Source of the DNA: Phoronis australis | Lineage: Eukaryota > Animalia > Phoronida | Reading direction: 5' to 3' | DNA length: 64,000 nucleotides | NCBI GenBank assembly: GCA_002633005.1 | Contig: NMRA01000195.1 | Location: forward strand, 656,378 to 720,377 | In this document: in pieces, positions 1-13,700 of the stretch | Numbering within the stretch: the stretch's first letter is position 1 | Layout of the letters: each line of letters opens with the position of its first letter | Made by a program: the position numbers and the translations under genes | The notes under the pieces: model-generated | What the model was told of the DNA's origin: nothing | Databases searched by the model: none | The model's input: the letters and a program-made list of their open reading frames with translations, nothing else

Positions 1-1647
1 ATCTGTAACCAATAACAGACTTTCTACAAAACTGTGGTGCATTTCTATCAAACTTTGTTGTTGAATTACAATCTTTTAAAAAAAATATGCTGAACTCCCA
101 GGGCGAAAACTTGCCAACTGATGTGTCGCTCGCTGCCTCGCGATCGTCGATAGGGCAATGAGTAAAAATACAGTTTCGTCTAAACAAATTACCGGTACCT
201 GAAATCCTCCTTAAATTTTCCAAATAGCATCCTTAAGATTTTTAAGTTCCCGTGGAATCAGGACTAACCGCAGGTTAAGTCCAAATCTGCGCTAGCCACC
301 CGCAACACGAGAAAAATCTGGACGAACACACACGTTGTTGTCACGTGACGTTTGTTTTGACGTTTGTCTGCAGGTGTGCGCCGAGTGAGCAAGCGCGTGC
401 GTGTCATCAGAGTTCATTTGCCAGAGTAGCATGCCTACATTATGTAGGCCCTAGCACGCGCTTCTTGGCCACGTGCTCATCGCTGGTCAAGTTTCGATTC
501 GTGGCTTTTACGTGTACAAAGTAATCTAGATTCCTGTTGAGGGAGAAGATCTGTACAGGAGTGATACAATACAATCCCACTGACCAGTACGTTGCATCTG
601 TTCTGAAAGGCCCGACTATAGTCACGTGGGACACGTTCCTCACATCTTGATTAGCAAAACTTCTGCATTCTTTTTAAAGCACTGTGGAAGTTTGATGGAA
701 GTGAACAGCCACTGCTAAATACCAACATAGCCGTGAGGCTCATGGTCTAAAAATTCTGCGCACAATGATTTTTCAGGACTGTCGGATGTTATTGATGAAT
801 TGAAGACATTACTGTAGAATTTTAGAACTGTAGGTAAGGCATTTTGCGCATATGTACAACTGACGTTCATGGACTGGGCACTTATTTTAGCAAAGTCTGA
901 AAACGAGTAGGGGACGTTTATAAGGGTATGGGCGCTTACGGCGAATGTTATTAATCATAAAATAATTTTGGCGAAAATGACATTATTCATTACAATAAGA
1001 AATCAGTTCCTAGAAATATGGTATTTCACTTGCTGTGGCCCGGTCTTCTGCTTTTCCCCCCTTTCTTTGTTTCAGACTAGTCCACAATTCCTTTGTGCAC
1101 GACCACACACTGTGATCTTTGTCTAGACGAATCGCATAATGGGTGACATCTACTGAATCGGTGAGATCGCACTGCGCCGATGTTTTTTACTGCCAGAGCA
1201 TCGACACACTGGCCAAAATGAACCTTAAATTCATGATAAAAACAGCACAAGGAGGAGAAAATTTATTCATGTTCATCTGGGATATAGTGCTTTTGTGCTC
1301 TGAAAATTCGCTCGCCACCTGGGCGACCGGCAAGTCAACTTGTACTCGCCCAGCACCATTTTTACTCGCATTGGTGACTGGGCGAGTGGCTAAGTATATC
1401 CCTGCAACAGTACAACAAAGGTAAAGCTGCATACACGATGCAGCTGAACACTTCTGCAGAAGAAAAATACGTTGTTAATCACTGAAAAACTAAATTCGAA
1501 ACTTTAAACAATAAGCTTACCTTGCTTTAATTTAACTGATTGATTTCTGTGGTCAAGCCAAAAATGTCTGCCAAAAATTATATGGAAGACACAGTTGTCA
1601 TCCCCTTCACCTATTTCACACTCCAATTAAAGTCATATGCTCTAACA

Positions 1648-1657
1648 TAAAGGATAC
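1648..1657 (-). other. U12-type (minor spliceosome) 5' splice site GTATCCTTTA
   Basis: Minus strand reads GAC A|GTATCCTTTATG, an exact RTATCCTTT consensus, at the point where MED23 homology ends. Confidence 0.88.
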
Positions 1658-1795
1658 TGTCGACCAGTCTTGCCACAAGTCGTTTGTAATAACTGTAGTC
1701 AGGCAGCCAGTTGATCTGTTCAGGGCCTGTTTGCAGGTACTCCAGGTAGTCGTTTGTCAAGCACCAATCCCTTGGTTTGACGCATCCCAGTGTGC
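1658..1795 (-). CDS. MED23: MED23 exon 24 (GTLGCVKPRDWCL...WLPDYSYYKRLVARLVD)
   Basis: Matches WCL...WVPD..YY.RL..RLVD; followed by a U12-type donor. Confidence 0.93.
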
Positions 1796-4700
1796 CTAAT
1801 GGCAAAAAAGAGAGATGGATTCATGATCATTTCAGGATGACAACAGCAATTACTATTGAAGCAGTAAAATTATCACAACCGCAGTATTATCAATGCATAC
1901 AGTGAAGATTCAATTAATACACCGAGTTCTCAATTTCAAGAAAAAGAAAGAAAACTTTACTTCATAATTTGTACACTTTACAATGAAAAGGGTATCAACA
2001 ACAAACTTATAATTGAAACTGGGGCATTTTGACCACGCCGTGAGCTTTTGATAAAATGACCAATTGGCAAATACTTTTTAAAAATTTTTACCGTACACTG
2101 GCTGCACTTGATTGACAGTCTTAAGTCATCTGATTGGTTCTCGATGATGACTCAGTTTACAAACCAATCAGATATCAGTTGGCCAGGAGGAACTGGCAAA
2201 GTCAATCACGAGCAGCCATTGCAAAAAATGATATAAAATATTTTGAAACCTATTGGAATTCTGAGCTTTTGTGTTCCTTGTTATTTGCCTCCTAATTCCA
2301 TTATATAAAACACTAAAATGCTATTTCCAGTTACTGTAGTATAACAATAAGAAAGATAGTAAACATATGATCAACCAGAACAACAAAAGTAGCCTGACAT
2401 GAATTCATTGCCAAAACGATGTGAGCAACAGAGTACAACACAGAATACATGGTACTGTCTTATTGCTTTGCGCATTTTTACCTAAGTGTTAATTCACTTG
2501 ATTATGGACACTGTTGCTCTTTGTTACTATGAGTTCCTGAGTCTCTTAATCCACACAATACACAACTCACATAGCTCATCAAAGACTATTACAGTAACTA
2601 TACACCCACAGGTGATGTAAATGTCCATTGTAAACATAAGGATACATACAATCTTATCAATGAATGTGTCTGACAGTGTATTTAGCCAAGTATCTATAGA
2701 CCAAATATTGGAACTCAGTAAAAGTAAAAGCATAGTTTGTGAAACCGTAAAGCTTGTACAATTTCATTTTTGACTTTTTAACAATCTTTCATTGGGTCAT
2801 TTGAGGATGTCACGGTAAAATTTAACAAAGAAAGGTACATTCAATTTGATAGTAAAAGTAATAGACAAGTATCAATAACATTAGCCAAACTTCACTTGAT
2901 ATAAATGTTCAAGATGAAACCTCAAAAACTATTTAATACAATTTTCTATATTATCATTTCATTTTCATTTTAAGCAACTTTTGATTTTTCATGGGAGTCA
3001 TAAAAGTCCTATGTTTTATAGCGTTTCGTGCAAAAATTAAGGATTTTAAAACAACTGTTTACTTCTTTCAGTGAAATGGTCAACAATGCATAAAGCATTA
3101 TAGTAACTGGAAGTTTCATAATAAAATCAGTCATTTCTGAGATATGATGTTCCAAAGTTAGTCATATTTGGCCATTATTCTATGGTCCTACATTAATCTT
3201 AATGAAGAAAATCAATTAACTCCCTGGTGCTACAGTGAGCGTTAAACAAATTCAACAAGAGAACCGTTCAATTTTTAATTAAGTCACCTATGATAGTTTG
3301 AAGAAGTTTCTTTTTGAGACTTGGTCTGTCTTTCAGCTTCCTGTCATAGTAGTGGAGGGTGTTGAATAAGTAGGTCAAAGGTCGATCTGAAGATAGAATG
3401 CACACGTACACATCAATGCAATTACACTGGTCAAAGCTTAGTTAGATTCTTTTCATAGAGATACTCTTTGCACAATTATTTGTTTTCATGTTGGTAAATC
3501 CTTAGATACGAAACACCAGGCATAAATTAACATTGCCCAATAATTTCAAACTACATTCTATGTTGTAGAAAAGGTGTATTTGAGTACAGAGGAGGTATAC
3601 CCTGACATGTTAGAGGATATCACAAGTAACTATATTCATCTCTGTTTAGTTGGTAGAAAACTCAATGGACCACAACATTAACAAAAAATATTATGGGACT
3701 TACGTAGACCAGTGACACCTCATGATACTTCATAGCAACTGACACGTGACAAGACAAGCAATGACTCAGCATATTATTTATAGAGAACACGTACTGTGGA
3801 ATCTATAGATCTTTCCCAGGTTATCAAGGAGTGGTTCCAGCAGTTTGTGAGATGGCTGCATCTCAATGAGTCTGTGAATGACTAGATCAAATACCTGGAA
3901 TGAAGACATATGTTAATTAATTCTAAAATCTATTTCAATTCCGCTGTTTAGTGATGACGTGTCATGGCAGTAGATGATGCAATTTGGACTCGGAAATAAG
4001 AATAGACATGCTGTCACACTGGGTCCAAAACGTCAAAATAACATCATGCTAAACATTCTTTTAATCACATTTAGAGCCCCAACACAAAAATGATATAACT
4101 TAGGTGTACAAGAATGCCACAGAAACATACCTGGCTGAAATGCAGACTATTGAAATGCAGAAATGAGACTTGGTGGCACAGCATTTTTTACAATTTAGAC
4201 ATTTCATGTTAATCTCTTGAGGCTCAGCTTAGAACTAACTGTAACAGTTACTTAGGCCTTATGCTTGCTCCTTTTGATGAGAAACTGACATGTACTATTC
4301 ACATTTTACATATTAAGAATAAAAACTTTAGTGACTCGGTCATTAATTTCACGATCTCACAGAAGTTAGTTGCCTGCGTAGGTGAAGCACATACCGGCAG
4401 GAAGCGAAGACAGACATTGCTGAAGTAGACCGGTAAGTACATGTGAGACTGGAGTGCCCCCTGTGAGCCAGGCAGTTCTTGCAGACCTTCATAGTTGAAC
4501 CTCTCGGGGTACTTCTGGTGGAAGGCCATATGTTTCTCATGCCAGTTACTATGAAGCCAGTGCTCTGGACTGTTCTGTCAGAGAGTGGAGATCACAAGGT
4601 AAACTTGAATAACTATTGCCAGAAACCACTGATTATTTATTTAAACATGAAACACTTTCAATATTCTGCCACAAATGGAGGCAACTTCTGGGATGCCACC

Positions 4701-7700
4701 AAACGATTTATAACAATATTCAAATAAACATGTCACAAGAGATCATTGAAACCAAGAGTTTTCACCACCATCATTTGCTACAATATCCTTACATCATTCA
4801 CAAAGTCGTTGACACGATTTCTGAACTCTTGCTTCAGAAGTACTCTCTGCATGATCAGATAACACACTTGAGCTTCGTTACCTTCAAAGTGACGCAACAC
4901 CTGAAAAATATAACAAGTCAACTTAAGTTTTGACTTGAAATTAGCCATTTAAAATCCTTCTATGTCAACGCAACATTCACAAGATAGTCTTTAGTAACTG
5001 TTCTTCTTCGTTACCTAGCAACCCAAGTGTTAGAGGGTCAGTATTTGTATATGTATTTAGCTGCACACAATTTCTTAAAAGTCTCACATTTTTGAGCCTA
5101 ATTCAGCTGAAAGTGGGTGCAGTAGAAAGATTTTGTAATTGTGATTTTATTTCAAACATAAATTTGCCAAAATAATCTTAAGTGTAATTATTTTTCAAAA
5201 ACTCATATTCTACGACAGAAACAGCTGAATTCTGAATTCTGCTGTGGAACACTTGAATTTTAGAGGTTTCTTCAATTATGCCATGTAACAATATGAATGA
5301 CACATGACATAAAAACATATTCAAACTCCTAATAAATGTATATACTAGAGATGACAAACTAATTATACTCCAACAGTAGCTATATTGAGAGTACGTGCAG
5401 ACACATGCAAATGTCTTATATGAGCAGTTGAATGGACAACCTCTACACATACTATGGACTTTACAGCACTGCAAAAATTGTCCAACCCAATGGAAATCGG
5501 GTACAGCATAATAGCACAGGGAAATGCTGCCCAGCACAAACTTGGTTCATGTACACTCAGTCTGGTGCACTCAAATTACTTGCAACCGAAGCTGTACCAT
5601 GTGCTACAAACTTAATGGTAATTTGTCAAAACCATGATTCTTGATTTTTCATACCCTGACTTCCAGCGCCACATAGCATGTGACTAAGTGTTATTTAATG
5701 ACATGTGAGTAGTACAAACTAAGATAATTGTCATCTTTAACTTAAAAAAGACATTTTTGGGATTTTTTGAATAAATGAAAACTAGACTTTACTGTGTTAG
5801 AAAGCATTATATCTGGGTGTCAAAATATTACATAAATTATATTGTGGGAGTTAAATGTTATGCGTTACTACCAATAATGATTACTCCAATTGTCGTTGAC
5901 TTACCAGTGTGAGCACAAGCTTGTCAATAGGGACCACATTACATTTCCAGACTAGATCAGCCGTCACATCAACATACTGTCAATCAAAGCAAATGAGATG
6001 AGAATACATTAGACTGGCAAGACAATAATATCTCTAGGATGACTGAGTTAGAAAGGAAAGTTGAATTTCCCACTGTGTATGTTTGGTTTTCTGTGTCTAC
6101 ACATTGTGAAATAAATCTTAGCATTTTCCTATCCTGGGCAAACTGTCTCAATGTTCAATGCATAGCCAAGTGTGAATACAAGCACCTTTTTGTGATTTTT
6201 TAGAAACTGAAAAATGGCACACCTTTGTAAAGTGGTTGACATAGTTACAAAACATTTATATGAAGCTGTTGAAGCAGTCAGCCAAAACAGACATTTCCAA
6301 AATCGTTTTCAGCATGAATACATCAATTTTTTTCTATTCTTAAGGGTATACAAATTTGCTACAAAACATTAAGATATATCAAAACAAATAAATTAAGAAG
6401 TAATCTGTGCAAGAGCCAACAAGATACAGAGTTCTGACTGTTTGCACCTAAAAACAAAAGGAATACATATGTAAAGTGACCCTGCAAACACTGTTTTGAA
6501 ATTTGGTCACATGATAATATCGTCAGAACTGTCTGGCCTGTCATGTTAAAAATGTTTGATGTTCAGGAAATAGTCACCACTGAACTTGTACTTGCTGTAT
6601 CAGTAACATATTCATGTGACATTAAAAATGCTTGAAATAAAAACAACATTGGAATATAATTTCTTGAACAAAACTTCATACAAAAACTCCATGAAGCACA
6701 AATGGGACCAGCAATATTCTAACTTACTCTTTGGAAGAACTGTTGTTGACAGTGACAAAACTCAAACACCAGGTAGTCTGCAAATGTTCTCAAGTGCTGT
6801 GACAATGCCTTGGCTCCAAGACGTTCTAAGACTTTGTAAGCTGCTGGAGACACCTGGAGGTCATCTAGCAAACACTTCCACAGTACACACAGGAAGATTG
6901 GCGGTGCCCCCTGCTGGCTGAAGTGTGCTATGGCATCATTCTCAGAAACCGTCACTGGCAAGAAAAAAATAAATTAATATGATGTTTTGAAATCACGGTA
7001 AAGAGAAATGATCATAGAACTTTATTGTTAAGTATGAAAAATTGATAAGCAAGAATTAAATTGAATGGTGACATTTTCACAAGAGATAGAAATTCCACAT
7101 ACAGTAGCAAATCACATGATATCGTGTTCCATTGCAGTAAAACCAATCCACTGTTACAGCATAAGGTGTGATTACACCAACCCCAAAAATAACAGGATTT
7201 CTTTCATGATTTAAACAAAGTATGAGACAGGCGAACTCTTTAAAAAATAATGAATTATAATCATATTACAGCCCACTTTATCTGAAACCTCACTCTGCCA
7301 TCTCTGGTATTCCTGGTTCACTTGAATCTTCAACTGACTTTTACTCTCACGCTGGATTGGATTCTGACGAAAGAAGTCCGCCAAGACATTAGGGAAACAC
7401 TCGAGGGTGTGCGTTGACCAGCTGTGAGCTGTCTGTTGCATAATGGAAGTTAGCAAGTCCTTGCACCAACTGCCGGAGATTGACTCAGAGCCTGTAGCAA
7501 ACAGTGCCATAGATAAGTGTAAATAATAATGAAAATGAGTCTAACACCCATAGCACGGGCATGCAATATGAACATGCTGTGGACTATTGTACCAGGACAT
7601 CACAAACCTCCGCTATGACATCTCCACTGTCCCAGTGATCACAAAAGGTTGAGTTTTTCCACCATTTGACAAAACTAAGCTAAAGAAGTTTAGGAGTATG

Positions 7701-10700
7701 TCACCTTGGAGAAAATTTCGAAAAGTTTCAAGAAACAAAACCACAGAAATGCATAAAGTTTTCTCAAACTCAAACAAATATAATGGCTAAAATTGACACT
7801 TTTTCCTTTTTCAAATGCTCACTGTTTGCAAAAATAATCCAAATTTCACTGTGTATATGTTGATGATATTCAAATAATTAGGAAAAATTGCCTTTCTCTT
7901 ACCTCTTGTTGAAAATTTTCACAAAATAAAATTTTACTGTCTCACCGTTTTATTTCTAATTCGAAGAACCAATACCGTGCTATCAGCACCACCAGATTTG
8001 CTTTATTTTTTGAAAGCACATTGCACAACATTCTGTACTAGTGTGATGAATTCTGGACTGCTTTCACAAACCCAAACATTTTGGAGAACAGGTTCATTGG
8101 ACATCAATTTTTCAATTCCTGAATTTATGAAAATTTTTCATTTCTAACTATAGCATGTGAACGTACTTTAGAAAATTAGAGATCAACAAAATTACTATTT
8201 TAGTGCAACTCAAAGTATTTTCCATGATTTTGTATCCACAGTCTTGCTACCCAATTCACTCCTTTCAATGACAGATTTAGTTTTTCAGTCCATGGTGTCT
8301 AAACTAGGTGGAAAAGAATATTTTGACGACCAGACGGCGGTTATCACCGATAGCCATCTCTATTCCCTAATTCCCAAACAGCAGAAGTCGGTCATAAAAG
8401 TTCAGACACTGCGGTAAATGTTTAATGCAACCCCAACTAGTAAGAACCACTCGTAGTTGCTGGATGAGAAATGTGATGTAGAGTGTAATGTCTACATTGG
8501 CCAACAATAGAATTTGGGAACTCCCACAAAATCAAATCGACTGAATACACAGCCACACTGCAAAAATGTAATAGGAAATGCAATGAACAATTCGCATATT
8601 ATACAAATAACCAGAGAATTAGCTCATTAGAGGTAGCAATGAAAAACAATCGGCAGGATCAGTGTTAATTTCTAATACATCTACCTGTCATGGCCATGGC
8701 CCTTGCTACTGTTAATACCAGCGCTCTGTTCAGCTCTTCATTCTCGGAGGAGAGAAGTGACTGGTTCTTTGGCTCACTCAAGAAGCGCGACAACTGTGTC
8801 TGTACCTCTGCACTGCCAAGACTTGTGATAAGTCGCAGTGAGGTACTCTCGGCACTGCAACGGGACATGGGTAGGTTGAGTGGCTGGGGCATTTCGGGCT
8901 TGGAAGGGCAATTGGCCTGTATGATGGCTTCGAATTTTGTGATGGTTGTAAACCATGGGTGCTGTTCAAGCACAACAGAACTTATGAAGTTAACACAAAA
9001 GGTCAGTGAAAGCGGTTTTTTGTGAACCCCATTATTATTCATTCATTTGTCCCAGTTGGACTGTGCAAGTACGCACAGTTTAACAAAGGGTTTATGGTCC
9101 CTGGCTGAGGAGATAATTATTTATCACCCCTATAAGTTTTCAATAGCCAAACCCAAAATGGGAGCACAAGGACCTACAGCTGAGTGTGACCTCAGCACAA
9201 CCAAGGCTGGAGATGAGTCAGAGTGACATACTCTCAGCGCTACAACGGCACATGAGACGGCTGATCGGCTGTAACTTTTTTAAATGAGAGTAACCTTATG
9301 AGTGCTCATCATGAGGGCACTTCTCATATTCAATTTCATTCAGGCACACCACTTGAGACAGAACACACGGAAAGAAGAGGCAATTAGTGCAAGGTTACAC
9401 CTTTTTCAGATATTCTTAACAAGAGTAGCCTTACAACTGCTCAACACTGCTGCCCATAAGTACACTTGAGACATTGACATCACATTCACTCCATACAACC
9501 GAGCATAAGCGTGGAAAAGTACATATCCTCGTAGTTTGCCAACAATCACAGAAATACCAGTTATAGAAGAAGGACACAACACCTGATATAAAATTAGCTT
9601 CTCACTGACCTAAATCTGCTATTTTCATTGTTTTTCTATGATTTAAATACTTCAATTAATAAGACAACTTTTGACAATTGGTCTAAAATAATGTTTGAAC
9701 AGTAATGTCTTATTTACAATTTTGTGTACCACTGTATATGACAGTCGTAAGAAATATGCTGATAAGGGTTCCGCCACAACTCTGGTCCAAATGTCATAAA
9801 ACAAAAAACCGATGACAGGGCTTTAGCAACTTAATCACAAACCCATGATTGCAAAGATATTGACTTATTTTAACATATTTCTTGAATGTATTAGAGCAAA
9901 CATTATACAAGTGACTTAAATCCCAGAGATTCCGTCATCAGTAACAACATAGCATCTGTCCAATTGAACTTTGGCACAAACTAGTACATTCTGATACAAT
10001 GCAAAAGGTTGTTATGGGAAACTTGATTCAAATTTGAAAAAAATAAAAGGCGTGAAAAGTGGCACTTTTTCTGCGTTCAAACCTCCCTGCGTCACGCTAA
10101 AAAGGTAAGATTTCAGTGTTGCTTAATTATATTCTTTACAATACAAACTGAAATTACGATAATTAAGTAATATATTTCTTGATGTTTATTGCTGTTGAGA
10201 AATTTGATGATTTTATTATTCTGCCATATTGAAGAATTATTATCATAGAATCTAATTTGATTTTTGAAAATACAACATTAATTTAAAAATACTTAGTGTG
10301 TTATTGCAAATCAAAGAATTAACCGCTAATTTCAATTTTCAATCTAAAACATCTAAATCATCCATTCAATTCAGTGACTTATTTGTTTTTAATCTTCTTA
10401 AAAAATGCAGTGTTGCATTCACAATTTGTCTACAACAGTCTTAGCTTGACGAAACATACGACATTAAACAATCCCGACCTCGGTACTGCCTGACAAAATA
10501 TGACTCTCAAAACTCACCACAGATGGAGCTGAATGAGGTTGTTTGTCTGCTGCACTTGGTTCAGCATGTACAGGTTGCTAAGCAACTGGACACGATAGTG
10601 AGGCTGTATGTGATGCAGCCTATAGCTGAACATGTCCAGTAATGTGTGCAGTATGCCCCAGGCACTGCTCTTGAACACACTGGGCAGCAGCTGACCTGTA

Positions 10701-13700
10701 ACAACAGATGGCGTTGATGTATAACAAGTTCATTAATTGCTGACATATCTTGCCTTTTAACATAACCAGAATAAGACAAACCATAAGATCACAGTATAAA
10801 AACATTTTAATATAGACACAATACAGCAAGGAAAATGTGATTTTATTTTCACAAAATTATCAATGAAAATATTAATTAGGTCAGTGTTACATCAGTGTTA
10901 TGATAACATCTCACCAATTTAGGTCACAAAATATTTTATTTTCAATTTTTCATAAAATGTTAGTAGCTCCAATTAATGCTTTACCAGGATCAAAATCTAG
11001 AAAAAAACACTGATAAATTGAAATTCAACTTGATGACTAATTCAGTTAATTTAAAAAAAAAACTGGAACACCAGGGATATTTGAATATAAAGCAACAAAA
11101 CCAGAAATATATCATTTCAAATTTTCTCAAAGCAGCATTAAAAATGTGTTCTATCCGGGAAATTAACTTTTGATTTAGACATCTAGAACCGGAATAAAAT
11201 TGGTCTCAACTAGTTCCTTACTCGTAAAAGAAGTGATTTTTTGGTCTTGCAAACAACTGACGTTTCTTCATTGCTGCAGACCACACTCGACAAATAAAAT
11301 GACACCCCACATCTAGTCAACTTGTGTAGCCCAATATCAACCAGTCCCACACATCACACCTAGTTTGATAAAGGAGTTCAAACCAATTCCACAATGGTAA
11401 GTTATTTAATACAAAATTCTTTTTTGTCACAGAAGGCTGGTTTACAGATGCTTTTAAAAGCAAGAGCATTGATGAAAAGGTATCATTATCAAGATTTGAG
11501 GATATTATTAAAGGGGATAACAGAGAATGGGCGTTTAAAATTTGTGGAATTAGGGGGTGGGCGTTTAAACAGACTAGTCAAAGCAAAACAAAGAAAGCAT
11601 TCAGTGGAAACACCACCGTTTTGCTTTGAAATCATCTATAATAAGGATTTATGATCCCTGATGTGCTGTAGTCTACACTAGGTGCAAAGTGCCATCCTCA
11701 GATACATGACTACAAACATGATATTTACTTATGATAAAACAATGTCCCAATCACACTTTGAAAACATAAACTTGCTAACTAAATCACTTTGTTGACAAAC
11801 ACAATCATGCAATATCACAACTACACAAGTTATCATTATTACACCCTCAAAATCACTCGGTTGTGGATTGTGTTAAGCACACCTTGTGATACCTACAACA
11901 ATTGTCCATGAAAATTTTACAGTTGCGTTTTTCCTGCAACTTTTTCGGAGCTGTATCATTTCAAACCATTGAAGCAGCAATTGGATGACGTTTGAGTTTT
12001 ACTAAATACTAGCAATACATGGTTATTTTTCTTAATTGACATCGCACTCCAAATGATGAACAAGACTAATAGAAGATGAGACTATATTATTTTTAGTACC
12101 CCACCCATAACCAAGCAAGAGACCTGAATATCAACTAGTACTTCACAATAAGCCCCACAATGAGACAACAGAGTCCAGTGACCACTGGGCTATATAACAA
12201 GGACCTGGTGTTTAGTCAGCAAACACAAGTTATGAAACCACTTAACCAGTTATAAGCCAATCCTACACATGTCCTCTCTGCTTGTCTTTGATGCTATTCA
12301 AAACCACTGGAACTTCACCTAGACATCTTTCAGTTCATGGTTTTACTAGGTGTGCATGCACTTTTAATACAGCAGTGAGAGTTTTGAGTATGGATAAAGG
12401 AAAGACTTTAAAGAGACATACACTCATACTAACCACCAATTCAATTAGGCAAAATAAATTAACATGACACCAAAAGCAATTATACCTGACATTTACTTCT
12501 AATGTGGAAATTATATGTAACAGTTACAGGAGTCTGACATTTTGATTTTCTCCTCTGCAAGCATCAAATTGGTTTCCCAGGGCCCCTCCAGGTGACTAAT
12601 AGAGGCCAAGCTTTAGGGATATTTTGAGTTAGCAGTTTGAGGCCTGATGTTCAGTGGAGAAAACTGGTTGAGCTCAAAATCTGGATTCCCTGTAAGTCAA
12701 TATTACCCTACATATTAAGTCATTTACAGGGTCCCAGATGAGGAGAACCAGTTTAAAGACGTCTGTTATTCAATGGACAAAATTGGTTCTCTATACATGA
12801 CTACTACCTACAGACGAATATCCGGTGAATGGCTAAACCTTTTCATTATAAAAGTTTTGCAAAAAAGTATGTAAAAATTATGAGGTTAACTATCAATGAA
12901 ACAACCATACTGACCCCATTCACATAAAACCCTTAGCCTATGAATGGCATGCCACGGTTACAAGGAAGTCACGCATTTCTAAAGATATGCGGGGATTTTT
13001 GCCGCTTGTCCTTCTGAGCAGCTTTCACCAGGATCAAATAGAGCATTTCTGGGACAAAAATCTACAAACAGGTGACTTTTTCATAGAAGCTCCTTCCGAA
13101 GAACTTTCTTTTTTGAGTTCCAATTTTCAAGCTGCACCCCATCAAAAATAAAGTTTAATAAACCTGTACCCATGGATCTAATATAATGAAGACAATTCAT
13201 TCGTCATTGCACAAGATAGTGAATACACTATTCAGTCATCCACTAAAACTGATGAAAGAATAAAACAAGATATTGCCTGCCTAAATAACATACGTAATAG
13301 ATATTTCAAAAGAAAATAAGCAAAATTTTTCACAAAAGAAAAACAAAAAAGAACATGTTTTTCAAAACAGTTGCAAATATTTTTATTCAGCATAATCTGG
13401 TTAAGCATCACCAATATACTTGAAGTAATTTCACCTATCCCATCAGTTCACCACGCTTCTACAAAAACAAAACATTTGATTGTGAATTGGGGTTAACTAG
13501 AACCTTAATAAGCAACCTCAATTCTAAGTCAAATATCGATAAAACTATGCTTTGCCAACCATTAAAAATACATATTCTCTGAAAGGAGAAAGATCAAGGA
13601 TTCTTAAAATATGCATCTTACTACTTTGTCTTAATTACTGTCACGTGACCACATTTTTATGTCAAATTTTCCTGGGCAAGAAAAATACACTCACAGCACA

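Noticed and set aside
99-1404. Possible hAT-like MITE (CAGGG...CCCTG ends, CpG-rich with GGCGAG subrepeats)
   Set aside because: Terminal similarity is weak and there is no matching 8-bp TSD. Probably TE debris, but boundaries are unsupported.
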